A stretch of DNA of 64,000 bases from contig CAYSSX010000002.1 of NCBI GenBank assembly GCA_964434115.1, positions 9,680 to 73,679 of the forward strand, given 5' to 3'. The position numbers were made by a program, and so were the translations under genes. Of the stretch, positions 8,507-20,270 are shown piece by piece. The notes under the pieces were generated by a model. That model was given only the letters and a program-made list of their open reading frames with translations. It ran no database searches and was not told the DNA's origin. Source of the stretch: an uncultured bacterium (GTDB taxonomy: Bacteria; Omnitrophota; Omnitrophia; Omnitrophales; Aquincolibacteriaceae). Position 1 is the first letter of the stretch, and every line of letters starts with the position of its first letter.

Positions 8507-9567
8507 TGATGAGTTCCGAAACAGGAGAACAAAAACAGATGATGAATTTTATAGAAGAGCTCAAGCTCCGTGTTCTTGGCGGAGGGGAAGTTACTTTGGA
8601 GGAAGCGCTTCGTCTGGTCGAAATTGAAAACGGCTCCGAAGACTTTAAACACCTTTTGGAAGCGGCCCGCGAAATCACGTTCAACTTCAATTCCGATGAA
8701 CCCGGGCTTTGTTCTCTGATTAACGCGAAAAGTTATTTGTGCGCGGAGGATTGCGGGTTTTGTTCCCAATCGGTTCGTTTTGACACCCGGGTGAACCGTT
8801 ATAAGCTCATGGGCATTGAAGAAGTGGTGGATGCGGCCAAGGCCTTTGAAAAAAAGGGGACGCAGAATTTTTGTATTGTGACGAGCGGCGGGGAACTCGA
8901 TGACGCAGAGTTTGAACAAATCCTTGAAATGTACCGCCGCCTGCAGGCCGAGACCCAGCTGAAGCTCGACGGGTCGCTTGGATTTTTGTCGCCTGACCGC
9001 GTGAAGCGTTTGAAAGAAGCGGGCGTGCGCCGCTTTAATAACAACCTTCAAAGCTCCCGGGAATTTTATCCGAACATAGTCTCAACCCATACCTATGACA
9101 AGCGTATCGAAACCCTGAAGATGCTTCAGGACGGAAACATGGAAATTTGTTCCGGCGGAATTCTCGGCATGGGGGAAACCCGTGAAGATCGTATCAAGCT
9201 TGCCTTTGAGCTTAAGCCCTACGCCCCGCATTGCCTGCCGATGAACATCTTGAATCCGAGACCCGGCACGCCCCTTGAAAATCAGCCTCAGCCCGAACCG
9301 CTTGAAATGGTGAAGACGATTGCGGTTTACAGGTTCATTCATCCCAAAGCCAATATCAAACTGGCGGGCGGGCGTGAAATTAACCTGGGAGACACGTACC
9401 AGGAAATGTCGCTTCTCGGCGGAGCCAACGGTTTGATCCTCGGCGGGTATTTAACGACGGATGGAAATCCGATCAAGGCTGACCTGGATATGCTTGAACG
9501 CACGGGTTTTCAATTGCCAAAAGCCAAGGACAGCGGCGCCCAACAAAAACAGCCGGCCGTATCCTGA
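8506..9567 (+). CDS. bioB: Biotin synthase (radical SAM)
   Basis: CAEDCGFCSQ CxxxCxxC motif and BioB-like downstream cysteines/YNHNL-like region. Confidence 0.85.
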   Translation: MMSSETGEQKQMMNFIEELKLRVLGGGEVTLEEALRLVEIENGSEDFKHLLEAAREITFNFNSDEPGLCSLINAKSYLCAEDCGFCSQSVRFDTRVNRYKLMGIEEVVDAAKAFEKKGTQNFCIVTSGGELDDAEFEQILEMYRRLQAETQLKLDGSLGFLSPDRVKRLKEAGVRRFNNNLQSSREFYPNIVSTHTYDKRIETLKMLQDGNMEICSGGILGMGETREDRIKLAFELKPYAPHCLPMNILNPRPGTPLENQPQPEPLEMVKTIAVYRFIHPKANIKLAGGREINLGDTYQEMSLLGGANGLILGGYLTTDGNPIKADLDMLERTGFQLPKAKDSGAQQKQPAVS

Positions 9568-9634
9568 AAAAGGCCGTGTCTTATTTCCCGCGGTGTTCCC
9601 TCTCGGGGAGCCGGCCGCAAGACCGGATCATCGC

Positions 9635-10369
9635 ATGACCTCAAACCTCTCCGGAAAAACCCTTCTGATTACGGGCGGCACAGGCCGCCTTGGAGAATCC
9701 CTGGTACAGCAAGCGCTTGCCGCGGGCGGGCGTGTTTTTTTTACCTGGACACAGGCTCATGAGAAAGCACGCGCCTTGGAATCTCAAGGCGCCAAAGGGT
9801 TTCAGCTCAACCTCGCGGACATGCGGAAGATCGAAGAGTTTGCCGATCTTTTGAGGACTGCTGCTCCGCGTCTCGATATTCTGGTTCACAATGCGGCCGC
9901 GGTGCGCGACAAACTTCTCCGCGATATGGAAGAAGAGGACTGGGATGAAGTCCTGAAGGTGGATTTGAAAGCCCCTTTTTTTTTGACACAGAAACTTTTA
10001 CCCGTACTTCGCACCGCGAAACCCGCGAAAGTTTTTATGCTGATCAGCCGGGCCGCGGCCCTGGGCGCTTACGGGGCATCCAATTATGCGGCGGCCAAAG
10101 CAGGACTTGTCGGGCTTGTGAAATCGCTGGCTCAGGAGTGGGGGAATGAAGGGATTCTTGTGAATGCCATCAACCCCGGATTCATGCTTTCACGGATGAC
10201 AGAAAACCTAGCCGAGGAATACCTTGAAAGAAACCGTCGTGCCAGTCCGCTGTCCCAATATTCCAACCCTGAAGAAGTGGCGCGCTTTATTCTTTATCTT
10301 TCCTCAGAGGCCATGACACAGGCAACCGGACAGGTGTTTCATTTCGAATCCCGGAGGATACCCTTTTGA
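9635..10369 (+). CDS. Short-chain dehydrogenase/reductase, FabG-like 3-oxoacyl-ACP reductase
   Basis: TGGTGRLG Rossmann motif, YGASNYAAAK catalytic Tyr/Lys motif. In-frame ATG 9635 after the bioB stop. Confidence 0.75.
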   Translation: MTSNLSGKTLLITGGTGRLGESLVQQALAAGGRVFFTWTQAHEKARALESQGAKGFQLNLADMRKIEEFADLLRTAAPRLDILVHNAAAVRDKLLRDMEEEDWDEVLKVDLKAPFFLTQKLLPVLRTAKPAKVFMLISRAAALGAYGASNYAAAKAGLVGLVKSLAQEWGNEGILVNAINPGFMLSRMTENLAEEYLERNRRASPLSQYSNPEEVARFILYLSSEAMTQATGQVFHFESRRIPF

Positions 10370-11586
10370 TGCACGGGCGCGCAGTGGTGATTACAGGGCT
10401 TGGCGTGGTTTCCCCGATCGGAGTGGGAATTCCGGCGTTTCTTGAAAGTCTGAAAGCTGCCCGCTCGGGAGAGGGGCCGATTACATCCTTTTCAGCAGAC
10501 TCTTTTCCATTCAAACGGGCTTTTGAGGTGAAGGGTTTTGACCCGCATCATCACGGACTCCAGGCTGTAGACCCCTTTATTCAGTATGCCGTAGCTTCCG
10601 CGGATGAAGCGATTCGCGATGCGGGTTTTGATTCGGGTTCCGTGGATCCCTACTCCATCGGAATCTCGGTGAGTTCCAGCAAGGGAGGGGTTCACACGAT
10701 TGACCGTTTCAAGGAACGCCTGATGAGAAATCCGAGCGCCATTTTGGGCGCGCGTGTTTACTCAAGTGCGGTTCCCAATTTTGGAGCGCAGTGGATCGCG
10801 AGACGCTGGAAAGTGCAAGGCCCGGCCAAGTGTTATGTCGCGGCCTGCGCGACAGGAACCGTTGCTGTGATTGAAGGCATGCGGATGGTTGCGGAAGGTG
10901 TTGTCGATTACTGCATCGCGGGGGCGAGCGACGCCTCAATTGTGCCTCTGATGCTTGCCGGGTACCGGAACATGAAGGCTCTTTCGAATGATGAAATGCG
11001 GCCTTTTGATAAACGGCGTAACGGCTTTCTGGTGGGGGAAGGCGCGGGAATTGTTTTCCTTGAGACCCGCGAAAGCGCAGAGCGGCGCGGGGCAGCCATC
11101 TACGGAGAGATTCTGGGGTTTGGCTATGGGAGTGATACGAGCGACATGCTTCGCTTTGATGAAAAAGAGCACGCTCTTTCCCGCACAGGCGCGGCGGCAT
11201 TGAAACGCGGCGGCCTTTCGCCCGGAGAAATTGATTACGTGAACCTTCACGGAACCGCGACGCCTACGGGAGATATTTATGAGACCCGTGAGATGAAACA
11301 GCTGTTCGGAGAAAATGCTAAAAAAATCCCCATGAGTTCAACGAAATCAATGACAGGCCACATGCTCGGAGCTTCCGGTGCGGTGGAAGTCATCGCCTGC
11401 CTTCTTGCCATGAAGCATGGTTTTGTCCCGCCCACGATCGGGCTTCATGAAAAAGATCCGGACTGCGATCTTGATTATGTGCCCAACACGGCCCGGGCAG
11501 AAAAAATTCAGAACGCCCTTTCGGTTTCTATGGGTTTTGGCGGGCATGTCGCAGCTCTTCTTCTGGGCCAAGGCCGGGGGCGTTGA
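10366..11586 (+). CDS. Beta-ketoacyl-ACP synthase I/II-like (FabF-like)
   Basis: Active-site AACATG Cys, HGTATPTGD and GHMLGASG His motifs. Start overlaps the SDR stop (ATGA). Confidence 0.85.
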   Translation: MMHGRAVVITGLGVVSPIGVGIPAFLESLKAARSGEGPITSFSADSFPFKRAFEVKGFDPHHHGLQAVDPFIQYAVASADEAIRDAGFDSGSVDPYSIGISVSSSKGGVHTIDRFKERLMRNPSAILGARVYSSAVPNFGAQWIARRWKVQGPAKCYVAACATGTVAVIEGMRMVAEGVVDYCIAGASDASIVPLMLAGYRNMKALSNDEMRPFDKRRNGFLVGEGAGIVFLETRESAERRGAAIYGEILGFGYGSDTSDMLRFDEKEHALSRTGAAALKRGGLSPGEIDYVNLHGTATPTGDIYETREMKQLFGENAKKIPMSSTKSMTGHMLGASGAVEVIACLLAMKHGFVPPTIGLHEKDPDCDLDYVPNTARAEKIQNALSVSMGFGGHVAALLLGQGRGR

Positions 11587-11587
11587 G

Positions 11588-12784
11588 ATGGCGGATTCTC
11601 CAAAAACGGAATTTCTTTTTGAACAGCATTTGAAAGAAGCTCTGCACGAGCTTGAAGACCGCGGCATGCACCGGAAGCTTCGCACCCTGAAACTGACCGC
11701 CGCTCATCAAACGATGCTGGAAGGCCGCCCTGTAACCCTTTTTTGCAGTAATGACTATCTCGGACTTTCCCGTCATCCCCGTTTGATCAAAGCCTTTCAG
11801 GACGCAGCTGTTTACGGGACCGGATCAGGAGCCGCGCGTTTAATTTCGGGATCCACTGATTTTCATGACCGGCTTGAAAAAAAAATTGCTCAATTTAAAG
11901 GCTGTGAAAAAGCGCTTCTTTTTTCTACCGGGTACCTCGCAAACCTCGGTGTGCTGAGCGCTCTGGCGGGGGAAGGTGACCTGATTCTGATGGATAAGCT
12001 TTGCCACGCGTCACTTATTGACGGCGCCAGGCTTTCGGGGGCGGCCCTCAGGATTTTTCCGCACAAGCAGTATGGGAGATGCGAAGAAATTTTAAGCCAA
12101 TCCTCAGGGTTCAGACGCCGCCTATTGGTCACTGATTCTGTTTTTAGCATGGATGGTGACATTGCGGATCTAGGCGAACTGATACGTCTGAAAGAAACCT
12201 ACGATGCTGTTTTGGTGGTGGATGACGCCCATGGCACGGGGGTGACCGGTCCGAAGGGGCGCGGCTCGTGCGAGGACCCTCAAACCGGAAAAAGGCCTGA
12301 TGTGGTGGTGGGGACCCTCTCCAAGGCCCTGGGATGCCTCGGGGGTTTTGCTGCGGGATCCGAGGCGGTGATTGAAACCCTGGTCAACAGGGCAAGGTCC
12401 TTTATTTTTGCAACCTCTCTCCCTCCAGCGGTTTGCGCTGCGGCCTATGAGGCCTTTTGCGTGGTTGAGGAGGAGCCGTCCCTGAGGGAGAAGCTTCACG
12501 CCAACATAAAGATTCTGGAGGAGGGCTTGAAAAACTCGGGTTTTGATGCGATCCTTTCCGGAACGCCGATTTTCCCGGTTATTTTAGGAGAAGAGAGGGC
12601 CGCACTCGAGGGGTCCAAAGCCCTTTTGGAATCAGGCTTTTTGATCCCCGCGATACGCTACCCAACGGTGGCCAAAGGAAAAGCCCGCCTTCGGATTACG
12701 GTCAGCGCAATTCACAGCGAAAAGGAAATTCGGAATCTGATTGATAAAATCAGGCTTATAAAAAAGCAAACTCTTCCGATATAG
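11588..12784 (+). CDS. bioF: 8-amino-7-oxononanoate synthase
   Basis: AOS-family PLP enzyme motifs (DDAHGTG, TLSKALG). ATG overlaps the KAS stop (TGAgATG). Confidence 0.8.
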   Translation: MADSPKTEFLFEQHLKEALHELEDRGMHRKLRTLKLTAAHQTMLEGRPVTLFCSNDYLGLSRHPRLIKAFQDAAVYGTGSGAARLISGSTDFHDRLEKKIAQFKGCEKALLFSTGYLANLGVLSALAGEGDLILMDKLCHASLIDGARLSGAALRIFPHKQYGRCEEILSQSSGFRRRLLVTDSVFSMDGDIADLGELIRLKETYDAVLVVDDAHGTGVTGPKGRGSCEDPQTGKRPDVVVGTLSKALGCLGGFAAGSEAVIETLVNRARSFIFATSLPPAVCAAAYEAFCVVEEEPSLREKLHANIKILEEGLKNSGFDAILSGTPIFPVILGEERAALEGSKALLESGFLIPAIRYPTVAKGKARLRITVSAIHSEKEIRNLIDKIRLIKKQTLPI

Positions 12785-12790
12785 AAGATC

Positions 12791-13561
12791 ATGGCAGGAA
12801 CGAAACAACGGCTGTCTAAAATTCGTGAGGAAGCGGGAAAGCTTTTCTCGCTTGAGAGTACCCTCCAGAAAAGCGTTACCGCGCTTAACCTCGGCGCATT
12901 GTTTGGAGTTATTTATCTCACGCTTCCCTTATCTTCCAGGGGGAAGATGGATCCCCTTCAGACAGTGATTCTTGTCATCCTCGGACTCTTTCTGGCGGCC
13001 AATTATATTCAGCATGTGGTCATGATGCGCCTTCGTGCCAAATGGGCTGAAATCGAAGAGCAGTCTTCACACGATGGCCTGACAAAGGCGTTCAACCGCG
13101 AAGCTTTTGATGACATTCTCGAAGAAGAAATGAGCCGCGCGAAGCGTTACAAGTACCCGCTCAGCCTTTGCATCATCGACCTCGATAACTTTAAAACTTA
13201 CAATGACACTTACGGGCATCCCAAAGGCGACAGGCTTCTGATGGACTTCGCCGACCGTGTGCAAAAAGCGATTCGTACCGCCGACTGTTTGGCCCGTTAC
13301 GGCGGCGATGAGTTCTGTGTGCTGCTGCCGCACACTGACCTGGTCAGCGCTGAAAAATTTCTTTCCCGGATTCTCCCTGAGATCCAAGAGTGGCTGGACT
13401 TTACTTTTAGTGCCGGTGTCACAAGTTTCCGGCCAAATGACAACAGCTTGGAATTTGTCACGCGTGCTGATCTGGCGCTTTATCAGGCGAAACGTGAAGG
13501 CAGAAACCGGATCCGCTGTTTGATTGGTGAAGATGACAGCTCTGTGGTTGTGAAGTTTTAA
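12791..13561 (+). CDS. Membrane-anchored GGDEF diguanylate cyclase
   Basis: Two N-terminal TM helices followed by a GGDEF domain with an intact RYGGDEF active site. Confidence 0.8.
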   Translation: MAGTKQRLSKIREEAGKLFSLESTLQKSVTALNLGALFGVIYLTLPLSSRGKMDPLQTVILVILGLFLAANYIQHVVMMRLRAKWAEIEEQSSHDGLTKAFNREAFDDILEEEMSRAKRYKYPLSLCIIDLDNFKTYNDTYGHPKGDRLLMDFADRVQKAIRTADCLARYGGDEFCVLLPHTDLVSAEKFLSRILPEIQEWLDFTFSAGVTSFRPNDNSLEFVTRADLALYQAKREGRNRIRCLIGEDDSSVVVKF

Positions 13562-13610
13562 TTTTTTCTTCGAATGAGTTCCTCAGACGTACCCCTCAAA
13601 TCAGGATGCT

Positions 13611-15730
<2,120 letters not shown>

Positions 15731-15734
15731 TTCT

Positions 15735-16853
15735 ATGTTTATGGAAAAAAAGAAAGTCCTGGTGGCCATGAGCGGCGGTGTTGACAGCTCTGTGACGGCC
15801 GCGCTTCTTAAAGAGCAGGGTTATGATGTGGGCGGAGCTACGATCCGCACCTGGGCTTCCAATACCTGCGCGAGCGTAAACACCCGGGCCTGCTGCGGCC
15901 TGACGGGTGTTGAAGATGCCCGGTCCGTGTGCGACACGCTTGGAATTCCTTACTGGGTTTTCAACTTTGAGAAAGAATTCAAGACCCATGTGGTGGATTA
16001 CTTCGCCTCGGAGTACCTGAAGGCCCGCACCCCCAACCCATGCATTGCCTGCAACGAGCATATCAAGTTCCGCTTGTTTCTCCAGCGCGCGCGCCAGCTG
16101 GGTTACGACTTGATCGCGACGGGTCACTATGCCCAGCTTCACCACGACGCGGCCCATGACACCTTCTCTATCTCTGAAGGCGTGGATCATCATAAAGACC
16201 AGTCCTATGTTCTTTTTCCACTCGACCGGGAAGTTCTCAGCCATTTGCTGCTGCCAGTCGGAGGATTCACAAAGTCAGAAATCCGCGAGAAGGCCAAAGC
16301 CTATAACCTCTGCGTCATGAACAAGCCTGACTCTCAGGAAATCTGCTTTATCCCGAGCAATGATTACGGCGCTTTCTTGGAAAAAGAATTTGTCCGCGAG
16401 GACACCCGAGTGCCCTTGCCCGAAAGTCTTTCCGGGGAAAAGAAAACAGGCGTGATTCGAACGAAGGACGGAGAAGTCCTCGGCCAGCATGAAGGCTATT
16501 TTCACTATACGATCGGCCAGCGCCGCGGGCTCGGCGTCGCGGCCGGCAACCGTCTTTATGTGGTCGACATTCTTCCTTCGACCAATGAGGTGGTGGTGGG
16601 AAGCAAGGAAGATATTCTGCGCCAGCATTTTGTGGCGGCCCGCATCAACTGGTTTACAAAACCAGAAGCCGAGACTTTTCAGGCACACGTCAAAATCAGG
16701 TCTCAGCACAAGAAGTCTCCCGCCACGGTTACGGTGCTTGAAGATGGCCGTGTGGAAGGTGTTTTCCATGAACCTCAGGAAGCTATCACGCCCGGTCAGG
16801 CTGCGGTTTTCTACGATGGACCCCGCGTGATCGGCGGCGGCTGGATCGATTAA
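15735..16853 (+). CDS. mnmA: tRNA-specific 2-thiouridylase
   Basis: PP-loop SGGVDSS plus conserved MnmA cysteines. Starts 5 nt after the bioD stop. Confidence 0.85.
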   Translation: MFMEKKKVLVAMSGGVDSSVTAALLKEQGYDVGGATIRTWASNTCASVNTRACCGLTGVEDARSVCDTLGIPYWVFNFEKEFKTHVVDYFASEYLKARTPNPCIACNEHIKFRLFLQRARQLGYDLIATGHYAQLHHDAAHDTFSISEGVDHHKDQSYVLFPLDREVLSHLLLPVGGFTKSEIREKAKAYNLCVMNKPDSQEICFIPSNDYGAFLEKEFVREDTRVPLPESLSGEKKTGVIRTKDGEVLGQHEGYFHYTIGQRRGLGVAAGNRLYVVDILPSTNEVVVGSKEDILRQHFVAARINWFTKPEAETFQAHVKIRSQHKKSPATVTVLEDGRVEGVFHEPQEAITPGQAAVFYDGPRVIGGGWID

Positions 16854-16873
16854 CTCTGCAGGGGAAGGCATAG

Positions 16874-18250
16874 ATGCGAGGCATCACCCTCGAAGGTAAA
16901 AAAGAATCCACCCTTATCACCTGGACGCTGAAGCGTCTGCGCAACCCTGTTCGTGTCCGCATTTCTCTCAAGCAAGGCCCGCTGGATAAAACCACGGCTT
17001 GCGTTCGTCACGATGATTTGGTCAAAGCCGGCCAGAAAATCGCGGAACCCGCCGACTCTTTTTCCGTTCCCCTGCACGCCAGTGTTTCCGGACGCGTGAT
17101 TACCGTAGGCTCATTCCCGCATCCGACCCTCGATTCCTGCGATGCTATTGAGATTGTGGGGGACGGCAAGCATGAAACCGTTCCGGGTGTGGGAACCGAA
17201 CGTCATGGGTGGGATTTGCTTTCGCCTGATTCACTGACCGCGCTGTTTCGTGAAATGGGGCTTGTGAGCCTGACGCCCGGTATGGTTCCTTTGCATGTTC
17301 TTATTGAAGATGCTCGGCAGCACAAAATCCACACGCTTGTCATCAATGCCTGCGAGCCCGAGCCGTATGTGACAAGCGATCACTCCCTGATGATGTCGCA
17401 TCCGCTTGAAATTCTGAAAGGGGCGGAACTTCTTCGCCACGCCTGCGGCGCTGAAAAAGTGATCATCGCCCTTCAGGAAGACAAGATGCAGGTGGCTGAA
17501 CTTTTCAAAAGCAAAATTTATTTTTTGAAATGGGAGAATATTGAAGTCCGGGTTCTTCCATCAAAGTTTCCGCAGGGACTTTCACTGCCGCTGCTTCACG
17601 CGCTTTTTGGTCTGAAAATAAATTTCCCCCGGGAAGCCCAGGCCGAGGAGCCGGAACAGGCCGTTGAGCTTGGCTTGGCGAAAGAGTTTCACCGTCAAGG
17701 ACTCGCGCTTCAGGCTGTTGCAACAGCCTATGCTGTCTATGAGGCCGTGGTTTTGCAAAAACCTCTTTATGAAAGACCGGTCACCGTGGCGGGGGAATGC
17801 GTGATGGAGCCGAAAAATCTTTGGCTTCCGATGGGACTCAGCCTTCAGGATTCTTTCAAATCCGCGCGGGGCTTAATGAGGGAACCCGGAAAGGTTGTGA
17901 TGGGCGGTCCCATGCTGGGTTGGGAGCAGGAAGCTCTGGAGGCTCCGATTCTTAAAGGTACGACCGCGCTTTTGGCTTTGCCGAAAGAAGTGACTTTTGT
18001 TCCTGAAGTGACTGCCTGTACTCATTGCGGACGATGCGTGGAGATTTGTCCTTCCGAGATTTCCCCTGTGATGATTACGCTTGCCGCGGAGCAGGGCCTT
18101 TATGAAGAATCTCAGGCCTGGGGTGCTCTTGACTGCATCCGCTGCGGCAACTGCACGTACATTTGTCCCGCAAAACGCCCCATGGCGGATCTCATCCGCG
18201 ACGCCCGGCAGAATCTTTTGCCGATCAAGCGCGAAAATCAAAAAGAATAA
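16874..18250 (+). CDS. RnfC-like protein with two C-terminal 4Fe-4S cluster motifs and a degenerate flavin/NADH site
   Basis: Aligns to RnfC (..LVINACEPEPYVTSDHSLM..). C-terminal CTHCGRCVEICP and CIRCGNCTYICP motifs. The canonical GGAGFP motif is replaced by SLTPGMVPL. Confidence 0.7.
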   Translation: MRGITLEGKKESTLITWTLKRLRNPVRVRISLKQGPLDKTTACVRHDDLVKAGQKIAEPADSFSVPLHASVSGRVITVGSFPHPTLDSCDAIEIVGDGKHETVPGVGTERHGWDLLSPDSLTALFREMGLVSLTPGMVPLHVLIEDARQHKIHTLVINACEPEPYVTSDHSLMMSHPLEILKGAELLRHACGAEKVIIALQEDKMQVAELFKSKIYFLKWENIEVRVLPSKFPQGLSLPLLHALFGLKINFPREAQAEEPEQAVELGLAKEFHRQGLALQAVATAYAVYEAVVLQKPLYERPVTVAGECVMEPKNLWLPMGLSLQDSFKSARGLMREPGKVVMGGPMLGWEQEALEAPILKGTTALLALPKEVTFVPEVTACTHCGRCVEICPSEISPVMITLAAEQGLYEESQAWGALDCIRCGNCTYICPAKRPMADLIRDARQNLLPIKRENQKE

Positions 18251-19590
18251 TTCATTTCCCCGATATAAAGATTTTCAGGCATGCCGTATTCTTCATGAGG
18301 GCCGCCGGCGTAAAGCTGGGCCGCCAGCGTCAGGAGCAAGTTGCTTCGGAGTTCATAGCGGAGTTCCGGGCGAAGGAAAAGGCTCGTGTCATCCATGTTT
18401 AAAATCAGCCGGTGCTCAAAGCGAAGCAGTGAGGTGATGTTGTAGCCCATCAAAAGGGCGCTGTAATTTTTCGCAAGCTGCTGGATGTCCCCGTCGATGA
18501 AGCGAGCGACTTCGTAATCGTCCGTATTTCTCCGTCCCTCACCATTAAAATGATATTCCAAAAGCCCATAGACGTTGTGCGGAAAGTTGTAGTCCGCGTT
18601 TAAAGTAAACTTGATAAAGTCCCGCCCCTGATCGACTTCCCGGTAGAGGAACTCCCCGCGGACCGCAGAACTTTTAACATTTCCCTGAAAGTCAAAGCCG
18701 AGCGCATGATCCCGCTGAATACGGCCTCCGAGAACACCCATTTCAAAACCATAAATATCCTTTGAGATGCGGCCCAAATAGCGCTGAGGGTGGAGATCGC
18801 GGCCGCGGGGTGTGTAAATAAACTGCCATTTCATGTCCGCGAAATTTTTCGCGATCATGTTGACGGCATCCACGCCATCCCGTTCTTCAAGTTCAATCTG
18901 GGTGGGGCTGAAGGGATTGAATAAGTCGGTGGGGGTGAAGAAGTGGCCGACCCCCCAGGGAATCTGCTGACGTCCGATTTCTACCGAGAAATCATTGTTT
19001 TCATAAACCACGCTGGCCCGGTACAGGCGGTGTTCATAAAGAGCGCCGTGTTCTTCGACAAGATCCTGGCTGAGATCCAGGAACTGGCGCTTTTCGCTCA
19101 GGTTGTGGGCCATCCTGAAATCCCCGGATCCGACAAAGCTCCCGAAGGACGCTCCGTGATCGTAATCCACCTTCACCGTGACCCTGTGATTTTCTTTGAC
19201 GTCCCAGGTGCTTTTGAGTTTGAGGCGGATTCTTTCCATGCTGGAGAAAAGGCTCTCTCTTTTTTCTCCTCCGGCCAAAGGATTGTCCGCAAGCTCTGGT
19301 GTGAGTCCCGTGGTTTTGGTGAAAAAGTTCAAGGTTTTGATATACCCCGAAAGGTGGGTGTCGAGGGGCGCCTCGCCGGCAAAAACCCAGGCCGGAACAA
19401 GGGCAGCAAGTGAAAGCGCCGCGGTTAACCAAAAACGAAGAGGCAGTCTTGCCGAGGGCTTTCTTTTGAGACTCCCGGAAAAATTGGAATCAAGAAGTTC
19501 GGGCACCGCGGCGGGAGAATTTTTGAGTTCAAGGGCATCGTGAAGAATCGAACCCCGTTTTAAATCTTCCCGGATTTTTCCAGGCATCAT
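18238..19590 (-). CDS. Outer-membrane beta-barrel protein (C-terminal aromatic residue), last gene of the minus-strand operon
   Basis: Signal-peptide-like segment LTAALSLAALVPAWVFA. Alternating amphipathic strands. Ends ..EMNYSF. True start uncertain (long N-terminal lead before the signal peptide). 4-nt overlap with the upstream ATPase. Confidence 0.5.
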   Translation of the reverse strand: MMPGKIREDLKRGSILHDALELKNSPAAVPELLDSNFSGSLKRKPSARLPLRFWLTAALSLAALVPAWVFAGEAPLDTHLSGYIKTLNFFTKTTGLTPELADNPLAGGEKRESLFSSMERIRLKLKSTWDVKENHRVTVKVDYDHGASFGSFVGSGDFRMAHNLSEKRQFLDLSQDLVEEHGALYEHRLYRASVVYENNDFSVEIGRQQIPWGVGHFFTPTDLFNPFSPTQIELEERDGVDAVNMIAKNFADMKWQFIYTPRGRDLHPQRYLGRISKDIYGFEMGVLGGRIQRDHALGFDFQGNVKSSAVRGEFLYREVDQGRDFIKFTLNADYNFPHNVYGLLEYHFNGEGRRNTDDYEVARFIDGDIQQLAKNYSALLMGYNITSLLRFEHRLILNMDDTSLFLRPELRYELRSNLLLTLAAQLYAGGPHEEYGMPENLYIGEMNYSF

Positions 19591-20270
19591 GAAACAATCG
19601 CTCCGTCCTGCATGCGGATCACCCGCTCCGCCCGTTCAATCATCACCGGGTCATGACTGGCGTAAACAAACGTCATGCCTTCTTTCTTATTTAATTCTTT
19701 GAGAAAATCCATGAGCGTTGCGCCGGTTTTGTGATCAAGGTTAGCGGTCAATTCATCACCCAAAACAATTTTAGGTTTGTGCACAATAGCCCGGGCAACG
19801 GCCACACGCTGCTGCTGGCCCCGGCTAAGCTCGGCAGGTCTCCGGCCGATCAATTTTTCAATGCCAAAGCGGGCGCAGACTTCCAGGGCGCGCTGGCGGC
19901 GTTCCTGGGGGCCAACCCCCTGGAGCCAAAGAACGTATTCCACATTCTCAAGAGCGGACAAAGTTGGAATAAGATTGAAATCCTGAAAAATAAAACCAAT
20001 TTTGTGCAGGCGAAGCCGCGAAAGTTTCCCTTGATCATAGCGGCTGATTTCTTCGCCGTCGAGAAAAACCTCCCCGGAAGTGGGGCGGTCCAGACATCCG
20101 ATTAAATTAAGAAGTGTGGTTTTGCCTGAACCGGAAGGTCCGCAGAAGGCAACAAAGGAACCCGCGGCGATGGAAGTCGAGACTTCCTGCAGGGCCTGCA
20201 CCGGAAGGGAGTGTCCGGTAAAAACCTTCGATAATTTTTTAACTTCGACAAGAGGCTGTGTCATGGTCAC
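19587..20270 (-). CDS. ABC transporter ATP-binding protein, LolD/MacB type
   Basis: Walker A GPSGSGKTT, LSRGQQQRVAVARA signature, Walker B at VLGDELTANLD, about 227 aa. Confidence 0.85.
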   Translation of the reverse strand: MTMTQPLVEVKKLSKVFTGHSLPVQALQEVSTSIAAGSFVAFCGPSGSGKTTLLNLIGCLDRPTSGEVFLDGEEISRYDQGKLSRLRLHKIGFIFQDFNLIPTLSALENVEYVLWLQGVGPQERRQRALEVCARFGIEKLIGRRPAELSRGQQQRVAVARAIVHKPKIVLGDELTANLDHKTGATLMDFLKELNKKEGMTFVYASHDPVMIERAERVIRMQDGAIVS

